From an uncultured Spirochaetota bacterium (GTDB lineage: Bacteria > Spirochaetota > Spirochaetia > SZUA-6 > DRHE01), in assembly GCA_963745745.1 (NCBI GenBank), contig CAVUYS010000068.1, positions 27,614-91,613 of the forward strand: DNA of 64,000 nt. Reading direction: 5' to 3'. The position numbers were made by a program, and so were the translations under genes. The notes under the pieces are model-generated. The model worked only from the letters and a program-made list of their open reading frames with translations. It was not told the origin of the DNA and made no database searches. Below, in pieces: positions 10,247 through 19,454 of the stretch. How positions within the stretch are numbered: the first letter of the stretch is position 1; each line of letters begins with the position of its first letter.

Positions 10247-11588
10247 TAAGCTCTCAACCTCCGAAACACGTACCGTGATGCCGCTGCCGGCCAGCGTCGT
10301 GAAGAAGAGCCTCTCCAGCTCGCGGCTCTCCACGATGCTGCTGAAGGTCACGGCCAGCTCATCCTGGTAACTGATGACCGTGCAGGTCTTCTTGGTCGTC
10401 CGCCCGGGAGACATCACGATTTCGAAAGACTCGACCTGCTCCGCCATCTCCGCGGGCAGCTCGACCCGGCCCAGGTTGGAAAGCACCCCGGAATAGATGC
10501 GGGCCGAAAGGTGATGATACAGCCAGCCCAGGAAGATGTCCTTCACGAACAGCGGCGTGGCCCGGATGACGGGCATGAGCTCCGCTCCCACGTTGCGGGT
10601 GATCTGCCGGCTCAACTCCCGCCGGTCCACTTCCATCTGCATGCTGTGGTGCACGCGCTGCACGAGCTCTTCCAGGTCTGTAGGGCCCCAGGCGCATGTC
10701 CGCTTCCGGGGATACGTACAGGGAGAAATTGCGCATCGTGACGGAGGGAAAGAAGCGCCGCATGTTCACCGGCACCTCCAGGCGCACGACGGAGCTGGAG
10801 GGCCTGCCGCCGTCACGAACCTCGGCCTCGTACAGCCGGCCCAGGCAGAACATGTACAGGCCGGTCAGGTACTCCGTGAGGGTGACCCCCTGCTCCCTGG
10901 CCAGGGCGAGCATCCGGGAGGTCGGCATTCTCCCGGTGAGGATCCGCCAGTAGCGCTGCGGCGGAGGCTCCTCGGCGAGGTGGTAGGCGGCGGCGTAGCC
11001 GGCCGGTCCCGGCCCGCCCTTGCCGAAGTGCTTGCGGTGGCCGTCCTCGGCTTCCTGCGGATCGGCGCTCTCCTGGGGATCCAGCAGATCCGGCCGCCTG
11101 GCGACGGGGATCCCGCACCGCCGCAGGTACTCCGCCAGCAGCGAGCTCAGAAAACGCAGGGCTCCGGCGCCGTCGGTCAGTATGTGGGAGAACTCCACCG
11201 CGATGGTCCGCTGCCTGGCACGGACGCGCAGCAGGTGCCCGGTCCGGCCCGGTTCCGGCATGGCCGCCAGCGGCGAGCCGTCCAGCAGCTGCACCCGGGG
11301 CGTGTCCGCGTGCCGCTGCAGGTAGTACCAGAACAGCCCACGCCGCAGGTGGACCTGGTAGTAGGGGCAGCGCCGCACGAGCGCGTCCACGGCCTGCTGC
11401 AGCGCGGACAGCCTGATCGGGGCCCGCAGCCTGGCCGAAAGGCGGAACACCGCGGGGGACAGCTTGGAGGAGGCGGTGGGGTATATTTTCGCGGCGTTGT
11501 CCAGGGGCAGCCAGGACGGGTCCGGCGGGGAGCTGCTCAAGCGGGATCCGAGCCTCGGGGCTGGCAGGCCTGCATATACGAAAATCAT
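10244..11588 (-). CDS. Condensation-domain-like acyltransferase (alcohol-acetyltransferase/PapA5-like, HxxxDG), one apparent frameshift near 10685
   Basis: ORF 10359..11879 from MIFVYAG (11588) contains WLPLDNAAKIYP and the catalytic-type motif HILTDGAG. The C-terminal third continues in ORF 10244..10663 (...ELSRQITRNVGAELMPV...VTFSSIVESRELERLFF...). Confidence 0.65.
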
Positions 11589-11670
11589 AGCAGGTCGCCC
11601 CGATGATCCGCAAGGCTGGGGAAGGCGATGCCCCGGTGCCACTTCAGCCCGCCGGCGGGGTTGCAGTGGC

Positions 11671-12267
11671 ATGAAGAAAACAACGATCCTGATCGGCCTG
11701 CTGCTGGCGGCGATGTCCGCGGCCGCCTTCGGCGAAAGCTTTCGCCTGGGGACCAGCGTCGGGGCGGAGCTGTTGGACCGCCCCACCTTCGAGTCGATCC
11801 AGCAGGAGTTCGACGAGGGGACCAACCTGCTCTCCGGGTTGTACTGGGAAGTGCTGCGGGACCACGTGGGCTTCGGCATGACCTACCTGGTGGACTTCCA
11901 GCGCCTGGACTCGCCGTACCCGGAAATGGAATACCTCTGGTTCGTCGACTGGGTCGGCTCCTTCGACCTGCGCTATCACTTCTTCGAGGATTTCTTCCTG
12001 GACCCCTTCCTGGAGGCCGGCCTGGGCAGCGCCGGGCGGGTGGACATCAGCTCCTACGAGGAGAACGGCCTGCCGGGGGTGGAGGATCCGCTGCAGCTGT
12101 CGGTGTTCGGGCAGGTGGGCGGCGGGCTGGCCTTCCGGCTGTCCGGGCTGCACCTGGGGGCCCGCCTGCTGTATCGGGTCTTCAACAATGTTCCCCCGGC
12201 CACCGAGTTCCAGCCCTACCCGCTGAAGGGCTTCCGCTTCGACCTGTTCGGGGGCTTCAGCCTCTAA
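11671..12267 (+). CDS. Exported protein, possible outer-membrane beta-barrel (hypothetical)
   Basis: The start at ATG 11671 inside ORF 11464..12267 gives the signal peptide MKKTTILIGLLLAAMSAAAFG. The body is rich in aromatic/Gly strand-like segments (GFGMTYLVDF, GGLAFRLSGLHLGARLLYRVF, FRFDLFGGFSL). Confidence 0.55.
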   Translation: MKKTTILIGLLLAAMSAAAFGESFRLGTSVGAELLDRPTFESIQQEFDEGTNLLSGLYWEVLRDHVGFGMTYLVDFQRLDSPYPEMEYLWFVDWVGSFDLRYHFFEDFFLDPFLEAGLGSAGRVDISSYEENGLPGVEDPLQLSVFGQVGGGLAFRLSGLHLGARLLYRVFNNVPPATEFQPYPLKGFRFDLFGGFSL

Positions 12268-12276
12268 GCGTGAGCG

Positions 12277-12936
12277 TCAACGGGCGAGCAGCTCGCGGAG
12301 GGAGCCGTACACCCTCTTGTCGCCCGGAAGCCGGATGTTCCAGTTGGCCGTGTTGGAGGCCGGGTGGACCAGGCGGGTGATGGCCGGAATCCCGGCCGCG
12401 GCCGCCTGGTACCGCCGGTCCTCCTCCCGGAAGGCGATGAAGGTGAAAATGCGCGCCAGGTCCGCGGAACCCTTGACCGTGCTCAGGTGCAGCCGCTTGT
12501 GCTCCCGCTGGGCAGCCGGGAAATTCTTGTTCACCAGCGAGATCAGGATGAAGGCCTTGAGCTGCTCCTGCCGGCCCAGCAGCTTCAGGAGCTCCGCAGC
12601 GGGCTCGGCGCACACGTACAGCCAGGCGTTTTCCTGCGGGTAGACCACGACGAAATCGAAGCTCAGGCCGTGGTAGATGTCCTTCACCACCGCCGGCACC
12701 GGCTCCTTCTGCTTCGCGTACCACCACCAGGGCACCACCGCTTTGGCGGAGCTGGCTTCCACGACCTTGCAGTAGCCCGCGTCCGGGTGGATGCCGCGCG
12801 TGGGCAGCTTCCCGTCCCAGCGGGCGGGATTGGTATTGGCGATGACCTTGATCTTGGCCAGGTTCTTGTTGGGGTCGTCGCCGATCAGGTGGGAGAGCAG
12901 AAAAGCCCGTAGGTGCGGGTAGAACTTCGGGTCCAT
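12277..12936 (-). CDS. Hypothetical protein (219 aa), no family recognised
   Basis: This is the C-terminal part of the chimeric ORF 12277..13695, starting at MDPKFYPHLRAF (ATG 12936). G/C-rich third positions are consistent with coding. It lies 23 nt downstream of livF on the same strand. Confidence 0.5.
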   Translation of the reverse strand: MDPKFYPHLRAFLLSHLIGDDPNKNLAKIKVIANTNPARWDGKLPTRGIHPDAGYCKVVEASSAKAVVPWWWYAKQKEPVPAVVKDIYHGLSFDFVVVYPQENAWLYVCAEPAAELLKLLGRQEQLKAFILISLVNKNFPAAQREHKRLHLSTVKGSADLARIFTFIAFREEDRRYQAAAAGIPAITRLVHPASNTANWNIRLPGDKRVYGSLRELLAR

Positions 12937-12959
12937 CCTTCTAATATAGCACGAACCGC

Positions 12960-13695
12960 TCAGCGCTTCCTCAAGGCGGAGCCGCCCAGATAGGCCTCCT
13001 GGATGCGGGCGTCGGAGCGCAGTTGGCCGGCGGTGCCTTCCGCCGCGATGCGCCCGGTCTCCAGCACGTAGCCGCGGCTGGCCAGGGTCAGGGCCTGCTG
13101 GGCGTTCTGCTCCACCAGCAGGATGGCCACGCCCTGGCGGTTGATCTCCTGGATGATCCGGAAGATCAGGCCCACCAGGATGGGGGCCAGTCCCAGGGAG
13201 GGCTCGTCCAGCAGCAGGACGCGCGGCGCGCTCATCAGGGCCCTGCCGATGGCCAGCATCTGCTGCTCCCCTCCGGAAAGGGTGCCCGCCAGCTGCCGCC
13301 GCCGCTCCTGCAGCAAAGGGAACAGCCCGAACACCCTTTCCCGCGCCCGCTCGACCTCCGCCTGGCGCCCTGCGGCGGGTGAAGGCCCCCAGGTTGAGGT
13401 TCTCCTCCACCGACAGGGTGGCGAACACCTTGCGCCCTTCCGGCGCGTGGGAAATGCCCCGCAGCACGATGTCGTAGGCGGGGGCGCCGTGCAGGGGAAC
13501 GTCGAGGAAACGGATTTCCCCGGAGCTGGGCGGGAGCAGGCCCGAGATGGCCCGCAGCAGGGTGCTCTTGCCGGCCCCGTTGGCTCCCAGGACCGTGACC
13601 ACCTCCCCTTCCTCCAGATGCAGGCTCACCCCCTGGAGCGCCTCCAGGGCCCCGTAGCGGATGCTCAGGTTCCGCACCTGCAGGATCGGCGCCAT
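12960..13695 (-). CDS. livF: Branched-chain amino acid ABC transporter ATP-binding protein LivF, one apparent frameshift near 13375
   Basis: The N-terminus (ORF 12277..13695) has Walker [10 protein letters not shown]. The C-terminus (ORF 12960..13334) has [28 protein letters not shown] and LVEQN. Confidence 0.85.
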
Positions 13696-13696
13696 G

Positions 13697-14476
13697 CTAC
13701 GCCCCCGCCCCCAGGTAGGCCTCGATCACCACGGGGTCCCGGTAGATCTCCCGGGGCAGGCCCTCGGCGATCTTCCTGCCGCCGTCCATGACGGTGACCC
13801 GGTCGGAGATGCCCATCACCACGTTCATGTCGTGCTCGATCAGCAGCACGGTCAGCTGCTCCTCGCGGATGATGCGCCGGATGAACTCCATCAGGTCCTC
13901 GGTCTCCCGCGGGTTCAGGCCGCTGGAGGGCTCGTCCAGCACCAGCAGGCGCGGCGAGGTGGCCAGGGCCCGGGCGATCTCCAGCTGCCGCTGGCGGCCG
14001 TAGGCGATGTTGCGGGCCAGCTCGTCGCGCCAGTCCCACAGCCCCACCTGCCGCAGGCGGTGTTCGGCGTCCCGCAGTATGGCCTTCTCCTCCGTCGCCT
14101 GGCGCCGGGTGGCCAACAGCGAGGCGGCCAGCCCCGCGTGAGTACGGCAGTGCCGGCCGGCCATGACGTTCTCCCGGCAGGTCAGGTTGGAGAACAGGCG
14201 GATGTTCTGGAAGGTGCGGGCGATGCCCCGCTCCACGATGCGGTGCGGCTTCAGGCCGGTGATGTCCCGCCCTTCGAAGAGCACCCGGCCCCGTTCGGGC
14301 CGGTAGATGCCGGTGACCACGTTGAACACCGTGGTCTTGCCCGCGCCGTTGGGGCCGATCAGGCTGTGGATCTGCCCTTGACGAACCTTCAGGTCCAGCT
14401 CGCCCACTGCCGTCAGCCCGCCGAACAGCTTGCTCAGGGCGGTGGTTTCCAGCACGACCTGGGCGGGGTCAGTCAT
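13697..14476 (-). CDS. livG: Branched-chain amino acid ABC transporter ATP-binding protein LivG
   Basis: Intact 259-aa ORF with GPNGAGKTT, YGRQRQLEIARALA, LLVLDEPSSGLN and IEHDM. Its start overlaps the livM stop as ATGA. Confidence 0.9.
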   Translation of the reverse strand: MTDPAQVVLETTALSKLFGGLTAVGELDLKVRQGQIHSLIGPNGAGKTTVFNVVTGIYRPERGRVLFEGRDITGLKPHRIVERGIARTFQNIRLFSNLTCRENVMAGRHCRTHAGLAASLLATRRQATEEKAILRDAEHRLRQVGLWDWRDELARNIAYGRQRQLEIARALATSPRLLVLDEPSSGLNPRETEDLMEFIRRIIREEQLTVLLIEHDMNVVMGISDRVTVMDGGRKIAEGLPREIYRDPVVIEAYLGAGA

Positions 14477-15462
14477 GGCGCCGCCACAGCCGGCTCAGCA
14501 GGTCGCGGGCCTCCAGGCCGCCGCGGCGGCGGGGCCAGAAGCCGCCGGGACGGAACATCATCATCAGGATCATGGCCAGCCCGAACACCAGCATGCCGGT
14601 AGGTGGCGAAGGGGCGGAAGATCTCCGGGAACAGGCTGATGGCCGCCGCCCCGATCACCACCCCCGGGACCGAGCCCATGCCGCCGATCAGCACGATGCA
14701 GAACATCAGGCAGGATTCCCAGAAGGTGAAGCTTTCCGGGGAAACCACCATGAGCTTGCCGGCGTACAGGTTGCCCGCCACCCCGGCCAGCACGGCCCCC
14801 AGCACGAAGGCCAGCAGCTTGTGGCGCCGCACGTCGATGCCCGTGGCCTGGGCGGCCACCTCGTCCTCCCGGATGCAGTTCCAGGCCCGGCCGATGCGGG
14901 AGCGCTGCAGGCGCCGCAGGGCCAGGATGGCCAGCCCCACCACGATCCAGACCAGGAAGTAGTGCTCCCGCGAGGAATCCAGCACCCAGAAGCCCAGGGA
15001 GGGGGCGGCGATGCCGTACACCCCGTTGGGCCCGCCGGTCAGGCCGAAGGGATTGTTGATCAGGGCCAGGCGCACGATCTCCCCCATGCCGATGGTCACG
15101 ATGCACAGGTAGTCGCCCCGCAGGTGGATCACCGGCGAGGTGACCAGGTAGGCGAACAGCCCGGCGGCCAGGGCGCTCACCGGCAGCAGGAGCAGCACCG
15201 GGATGCCGAAGCGGGTGTTCAGGATGGCCGTGGTGTAGGCGCCGATGGCGTAGAAGCCGGCGTGCCCCAGGTCGTAGAGGCCCACCTCGCCCAGCACGAT
15301 GTTCAGGCTCAGGCCCAGCAGGGCGTAGATGCCGAAGAAGAAGCCCACGTCCACGAAGTAGGCGCCGGCCACGAAGGGGTAGACCGCGAACAGGGCCAGG
15401 ACCAGCGGCAGGCCGGCGCGGCGCAGGCCGGCCGCCAGCGAGGCCGGAAGGCGGGCGCTCAC
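14473..15462 (-). CDS. livM: Branched-chain amino acid ABC transporter permease LivM, one apparent frameshift near 14597
   Basis: ORF 14473..15462 is LivM-like (GLSLNIVLGEVGLYDLGHAGFYAIGAYT ... GGMGSVPGVVIGAA). The tail continues in another frame as YRMLVFGLAMILMMMFRPGGFWPRRR...RHD* and ends at 14473. Confidence 0.85.
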   Translation of the reverse strand: MSARLPASLAAGLRRAGLPLVLALFAVYPFVAGAYFVDVGFFFGIYALLGLSLNIVLGEVGLYDLGHAGFYAIGAYTTAILNTRFGIPVLLLLPVSALAAGLFAYLVTSPVIHLRGDYLCIVTIGMGEIVRLALINNPFGLTGGPNGVYGIAAPSLGFWVLDSSREHYFLVWIVVGLAILALRRLQRSRIGRAWNCIREDEVAAQATGIDVRRHKLLAFVLGAVLAGVAGNLYAGKLMVVSPESFTFWESCLMFCIVLIGGMGSVPGVVIGAAAISLFPEIFRPFATYRHAGVRAGHDPDDDVPSRRLLAPPPRRPGGPRPAEPAVAAP

Positions 15463-15465
15463 GCC

Positions 15466-16380
15466 TCAGACCTTCTCCGGCGATCTTCTCGCCGAACAGC
15501 CCGGTAGGCCGGAAGATCAGCACGAGGATCAGGATCAGGAAGACGAACACGTCCTTCCAGGCGGTGGAGATGTAGGCGCTGGCCAGCATCTCCAGCACGC
15601 CCAGGATCAGCCCGCCGAACATGGCCCCCGGGAGGTTGCCGATCCCGCCCAGGATGGTGGCGGTGAAGGCCTTCAGCCCGTAGCTCCAGCCCATGGTGAA
15701 GCTGATCTGGCGGTAGTACATGCCCACCATCACCCCGGTGAGCGCCCCCAGGGCCGGGCCCAGGGTGAAGATGAAGCGGATGACCCTGTTGAAGTTGATG
15801 CCCATCAGCGCGGCGGTGTCCCGGTCCAGGGCCGTGGCCCGCACCGCCGCCCCCCAGGTGGTCTTCTGGATGAGGAAGTACAGGCCGGCCATGAGGGCGA
15901 AGGAGATGCCCAGGATGGCCAGCTGCAGCGCCGTGAAGGCGAAGGCCCCCACCTCCAGGCGCAGGTTGGGGATGAGCGCTGGCCGGGTAGGCCTGGTAGC
16001 GCGGCCCCCAGACGATCATGATGAGGTTCTGCAGGATGATCGAGGCGCCCAGGGCCGACACCACGGCCGGCAGCCGGCCCGCCGGGTAGATCGGGCCGGT
16101 AGGCCACCCGTTCCACCAGGACGCCCACCAGGGCCAGGCTCAGGGCCGCCGCGGCCATCGCGGCCAGCATGCCCGTCCACGGCCCCAGGTGGGTCGTCAG
16201 CACGGCGGAGCCGAACACCAGCAGGGTGTAGCCCAGGTAGGAGCCCAGGGCGAAGAAGTCCCCGTGGGCGAAGTTGATCAGCTTCAGCACGCCGTAGACC
16301 ATGGAGTAGCCCAGGGCGATCAGCCCGTAGAACGACCCGATGGTGAGGCCGTTGATCAACTGCTCGAGGAAGACCCGCAT
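15466..16380 (-). pseudogene. livH: Branched-chain amino acid ABC transporter permease LivH, split by about three apparent frameshifts (about 16090, 15980, 15480)
   Basis: There are three pieces in three frames. They are MRVFLEQLINGLTIGSFYGLIALGYSMVYGVLKLINFAHGD... (16380 down), ...VVSALGASIILQNLIMIVWGPRYQAYPAS (ORF 15459..16064), and AFAFTALQLAILG...GGIGNLPGAMFGGLILGVLE...IFRPTGLFGEKIA (start of ORF 14570..15952). Confidence 0.8.
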
Positions 16381-16389
16381 GCTCCCGGG

Positions 16390-17552
16390 CTACTTGGAGA
16401 TGACGATCCTTCCCTGGTCGTCCACGACGTACAGGTAGAACGGCACCCCCTCGCGGTCGCCCTTGGCGGTGAAGCCGATCTGGCCGGTGATGCCCTGCAC
16501 CCCGTCCACCTTGTCCCGCAGGTAGTCGGCCAGCACGGTGCCGTCGGTGGAGCCGGTCTTGTCGATGGCGTAGGCGATGATGTTGACCGCGTCGGCGGCG
16601 TAGACCGGCCACGGGCTGGAGGGGATCTCCCCGTACTTGTCCTTGTAGGCCTTCAGGAACTCCGCGGCCTCGGGCGCTGGGCAGGTCGCCCGGCAGGGGC
16701 TCGTTGGTCATGTAGCAGCCCTTGGCCACCTCGAGGCCGGCGATCTTGATGAACTCGTCGTTGATGGCGGCGTTGCCGCCCGACGAACGGGCAGGTGATG
16801 CCGATCTCGCGGGCCTGGGTCACCAGCAGGGCGGCCTCGGCGTAGTAGCCCGTGTAGTACCAGACTTCGGGCCTGGTCTCGCGCATCTTGGTCAGGGGCA
16901 CCCGGAAGTCCTTCTCCCCGGGGGTGATCGCGTCGTAGTAGACGATCTCCACCTTGCCGGCGTCGACCAGGGACTTGAGCGCGTCACGGGTGTTCTCGGC
17001 CAGTCCTTTGCCGAAGGCGGTGTTGTCGTGCATGATGGCGATGCGGCGGGCCTTGAACTTCTGCGGCACGTACTCGGCGAAGAACAGCCCCTGGGAGTCG
17101 TCCCGGCCGCAGGTGCGGAAGAAGTACTTCAGGCCCCGCTCGGTCAGGCGCACCGCGGTGACGCCGTAGCCGATGTTCACCATCTTGGCCTTCTCGTAGA
17201 TGTTGGAAGCCGGCTCGCAGATGGAGGAGCCGTAGGTGGACACGGAGGCGACCACGCCCTTGCGGCCGGTCATCTTGGTGGCCGCCAGGGCGCCGGTCTT
17301 GGGCTCGCCCGCGTCGTCCTCGACGACGATCTGGATCTGACGTCCCCCGAGGATGCCGCCCTTCTGGTTGATGAGCATGGCGGCGATCTCGCAGGACTGC
17401 TTGGCCATCTGGCCCTCGTAGGCCCAGGCCCCGGTGATGGGCCCCTGCATGCCGATCAGCACCGGGCCCTGGCCCTGTTCGGTCGCGCCCCCGGCGAAGC
17501 CGCTGAGGGCGACGAGCACCATAAGGAAGGAAAGGGCGATGTGTTTTTTCAT
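16390..17552 (-). CDS. Branched-chain amino acid ABC transporter substrate-binding protein (LivJ/K-like), two apparent frameshifts (about 16785, 16675)
   Basis: ORF 16653..17552 has the signal peptide MKKHIALSFLMVLVALSGFAGG and family-4 SBP sequence (IGMQGPITGAWAYEG). It continues as GGNAAINDEFIKIAGLEVAKGCYMTNEPLPGDLPSA (ORF 16016..16729). It then continues as PEAAEFLKAYKDKYGEIPSSPW...YLYVVDDQGRIVISK*, ending at stop 16390-16392. Confidence 0.85.
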
Positions 17553-17582
17553 GCTGCTTTATAGCCGCCGCGCGGCCGGGTG

Positions 17583-18590
17583 TCAAGGAAGCCGGCGCGG
17601 CAGCACCGCTTCCAGGAACTGGGCGTACACTTCCCAGGACCTCTCCCCGTAGCCGCCGGACATCAGCCAGGCGGAAGGCACGCCGAGCCGCTGGAGGAAT
17701 TCGTAGACCGTCAGGTCCCTGGACAACAGCTGGGCCAGGGACAGGCGCAGCTGGCTGGTGGAAGGAAGCTCGTCATGCTCGTAGGGATCGGCTCCGTCCA
17801 CCACCACGGCCAGGTCGGGCACGGAAAGTTGGGCCAGGCGTTCCAGCCCCCCGGCCAGCAGGTCCAGGTAGCGCCCTTCCTCGCCCTCGCCAACCGGCAG
17901 GTCCACGTCGCTGGGTATGAAAGAGGGGTTGGGGCGGCCCTGGGCGTCCTGCTCCGGCTCGTCCAGGGGCCAGCCGCGGGCCATGTGGATGCTCAGGGTC
18001 CGGATGCTCTCATCCCCCCGGGTGATCGCCGCGGTGCCGTCCCCCTTGTGGGCGTCCACGTCGATGACCCAGGCCTTGCCCACCTCCCCCCGGTCCTGCA
18101 GCTTGCGCAGGGCGATGACCGTGTCGTTGAGCAGGCAGAAGCCCTTGCCCCCCTCGTGCTGGGCGTGGTGCGTGCCGCCACCGAAGTAGTAGCAGAAGCC
18201 GCTGGCCAGGGCCTGCCGGCAGCACTGATACGTGCCGGAGACCATGTGCAGGGCCTGCTCCAGCAGCTCCCGCAGGGGCCTCCGCGCGGAGTCCGGGTCA
18301 TAGCGGTAGGGCCGGCCGGACTCGTCGCGCAGCTCGAAGGTGCGGATGATCTCTTCCTCCAGCCCATTGGAGTACAGCCGGGCCACGTACTCCGGCGAGT
18401 GGGCGCGCAGCAGGTCGGCGCGCTGGATCGGCTCCCCGGCGTGGTCCAGGTGCCACTCCGCCCGGCGCGGCCCCAGCACGGGGTGGTCCAGCAGGCGCTG
18501 GAAGGTCTTGGCGGCCCGGCTGTCGTAGACCGGGATCTGGATGCCGAAATCCAACAGCTCCAGCCGATCCGTGTCGCTGTAGATCACCAT
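17583..18590 (-). CDS. Histone deacetylase-family (class II HDAC/acetylpolyamine amidohydrolase-like) protein
   Basis: ORF 17583..18716, start placed at MVIYSDTD (18590). HDAC motifs present: GGGTHHAQHEGGKGFCLLND, VIDVDAHKGDGT and SGGYG. The start overlaps the upstream stop (ATGGTGA). Confidence 0.85.
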   Translation of the reverse strand: MVIYSDTDRLELLDFGIQIPVYDSRAAKTFQRLLDHPVLGPRRAEWHLDHAGEPIQRADLLRAHSPEYVARLYSNGLEEEIIRTFELRDESGRPYRYDPDSARRPLRELLEQALHMVSGTYQCCRQALASGFCYYFGGGTHHAQHEGGKGFCLLNDTVIALRKLQDRGEVGKAWVIDVDAHKGDGTAAITRGDESIRTLSIHMARGWPLDEPEQDAQGRPNPSFIPSDVDLPVGEGEEGRYLDLLAGGLERLAQLSVPDLAVVVDGADPYEHDELPSTSQLRLSLAQLLSRDLTVYEFLQRLGVPSAWLMSGGYGERSWEVYAQFLEAVLPRRLP

Positions 18591-19355
18591 TGGGGTCGGG
18601 CGTTCCAGGCCAGGTTGCGGATCCCCGTCAGCTCGATATAGGTGAAGGGGCCGCCCCCATAGTCGTGCACGCCGGTCCCGGCCACGGGGATGCGCAGGCC
18701 GCTGACCTCGCCCCACCCGCTCATCGGCGTGGACCAGCGGTCGGGAAGCATCCGGCCCTTCACCTCCGCGAAGCGGTCCGCCGATTCCCAGTCCAGCAGG
18801 CGCCCCTGCGCGTCGAAGCTCAATGCGGCCCGCACCGTGTAGCCGGCGTGGCTCAGGGAAAGCTCGGCCCGCCGGTCATCCAGCTGCCTCCAGGAGGCGG
18901 GCACCGAGAAGTAGGCCAGCGGGCAGACCAGCAGGTCGTTGAGGAAGGTGACCAGGCCGGAGCGGTCCATCTCCGGCCCTCGCGAGTCGGCCACGGTAAA
19001 CAGGTTCAGCAGCTTGATGAACATGCGCCCCCGGCCTCCGACATAGGAATCGATGCCGGCGAGCGGAGCCTTCAGTCCGCGGATGTAGAATACCCGGGAG
19101 GGCTCGGAAAGCAGGTTGTACTGCCGGGCCACCACGGGCATCCAGGCGGACTCGGGCCCCCTGCGGATCCGGCCCTCCAGGCTGAAGGAGAAGCTGTCGA
19201 TGCGCGGCTTGCCCACCACGCCCGCAGTACTCCAGGTAGCGGCGCACCACCGACGGCAGGGGGCTCAGGTCCGCGGCCGTGATCAGGCCCCTCCTGTCCT
19301 GCTCCGGAGGCAGAGCCTGGATGCAGGAGCGGGCCCGGCGCTCCATGCTCTTCAT
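18584..19355 (-). CDS. Hypothetical protein, resembles DUF6544-type proteins; one apparent frameshift near 19222
   Basis: The N-terminus in ORF 18876..19355 (MKSMERRARSCIQALPPEQ...LPSVVRRYLEY) continues in ORF 18584..19219 (GKPRIDSFSFSLEGRIRRGP...). The family call is from memory and tentative. Confidence 0.5.
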
Positions 19356-19438
19356 GGGATTTCACCCTATCCGCGCGGCAGGGACGTGTCAACGCGGGAG
19401 GCCGGGCGGACGGTCCCCCTACCCCTTGTTTTTGCGAT

Positions 19439-19448
19439 TGAGTATTAT
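19439..19448 (+). promoter_or_regulatory. TGAGTATTAT box 6 nt upstream of the preT ATG (candidate -10 element of a leaderless transcript)
   Basis: The sequence TGAGTATTAT-tctcag-ATG has no Shine-Dalgarno. The same TGAGTAT heptamer occurs at the same distance from two other start codons (33450, 47435). Confidence 0.4.
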
Positions 19449-19454
19449 TCTCAG

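Noticed and set aside
12277-13695. The single 472-aa ORF 12277..13695, and similarly the 624-aa ORF 26816..28690 and the 776-aa ORF 61411..63741, treated as real multidomain proteins
   Set aside because: Each is a chimera. ORF 12277..13695 is the livF N-terminus joined through out-of-frame read-through to an unrelated 219-aa gene. ORF 26816..28690 is the hydroxylase N-terminal helix, an out-of-frame stretch and then mnmA. In ORF 61411..63741 only the last 172 codons (MsrB) are meaningful.
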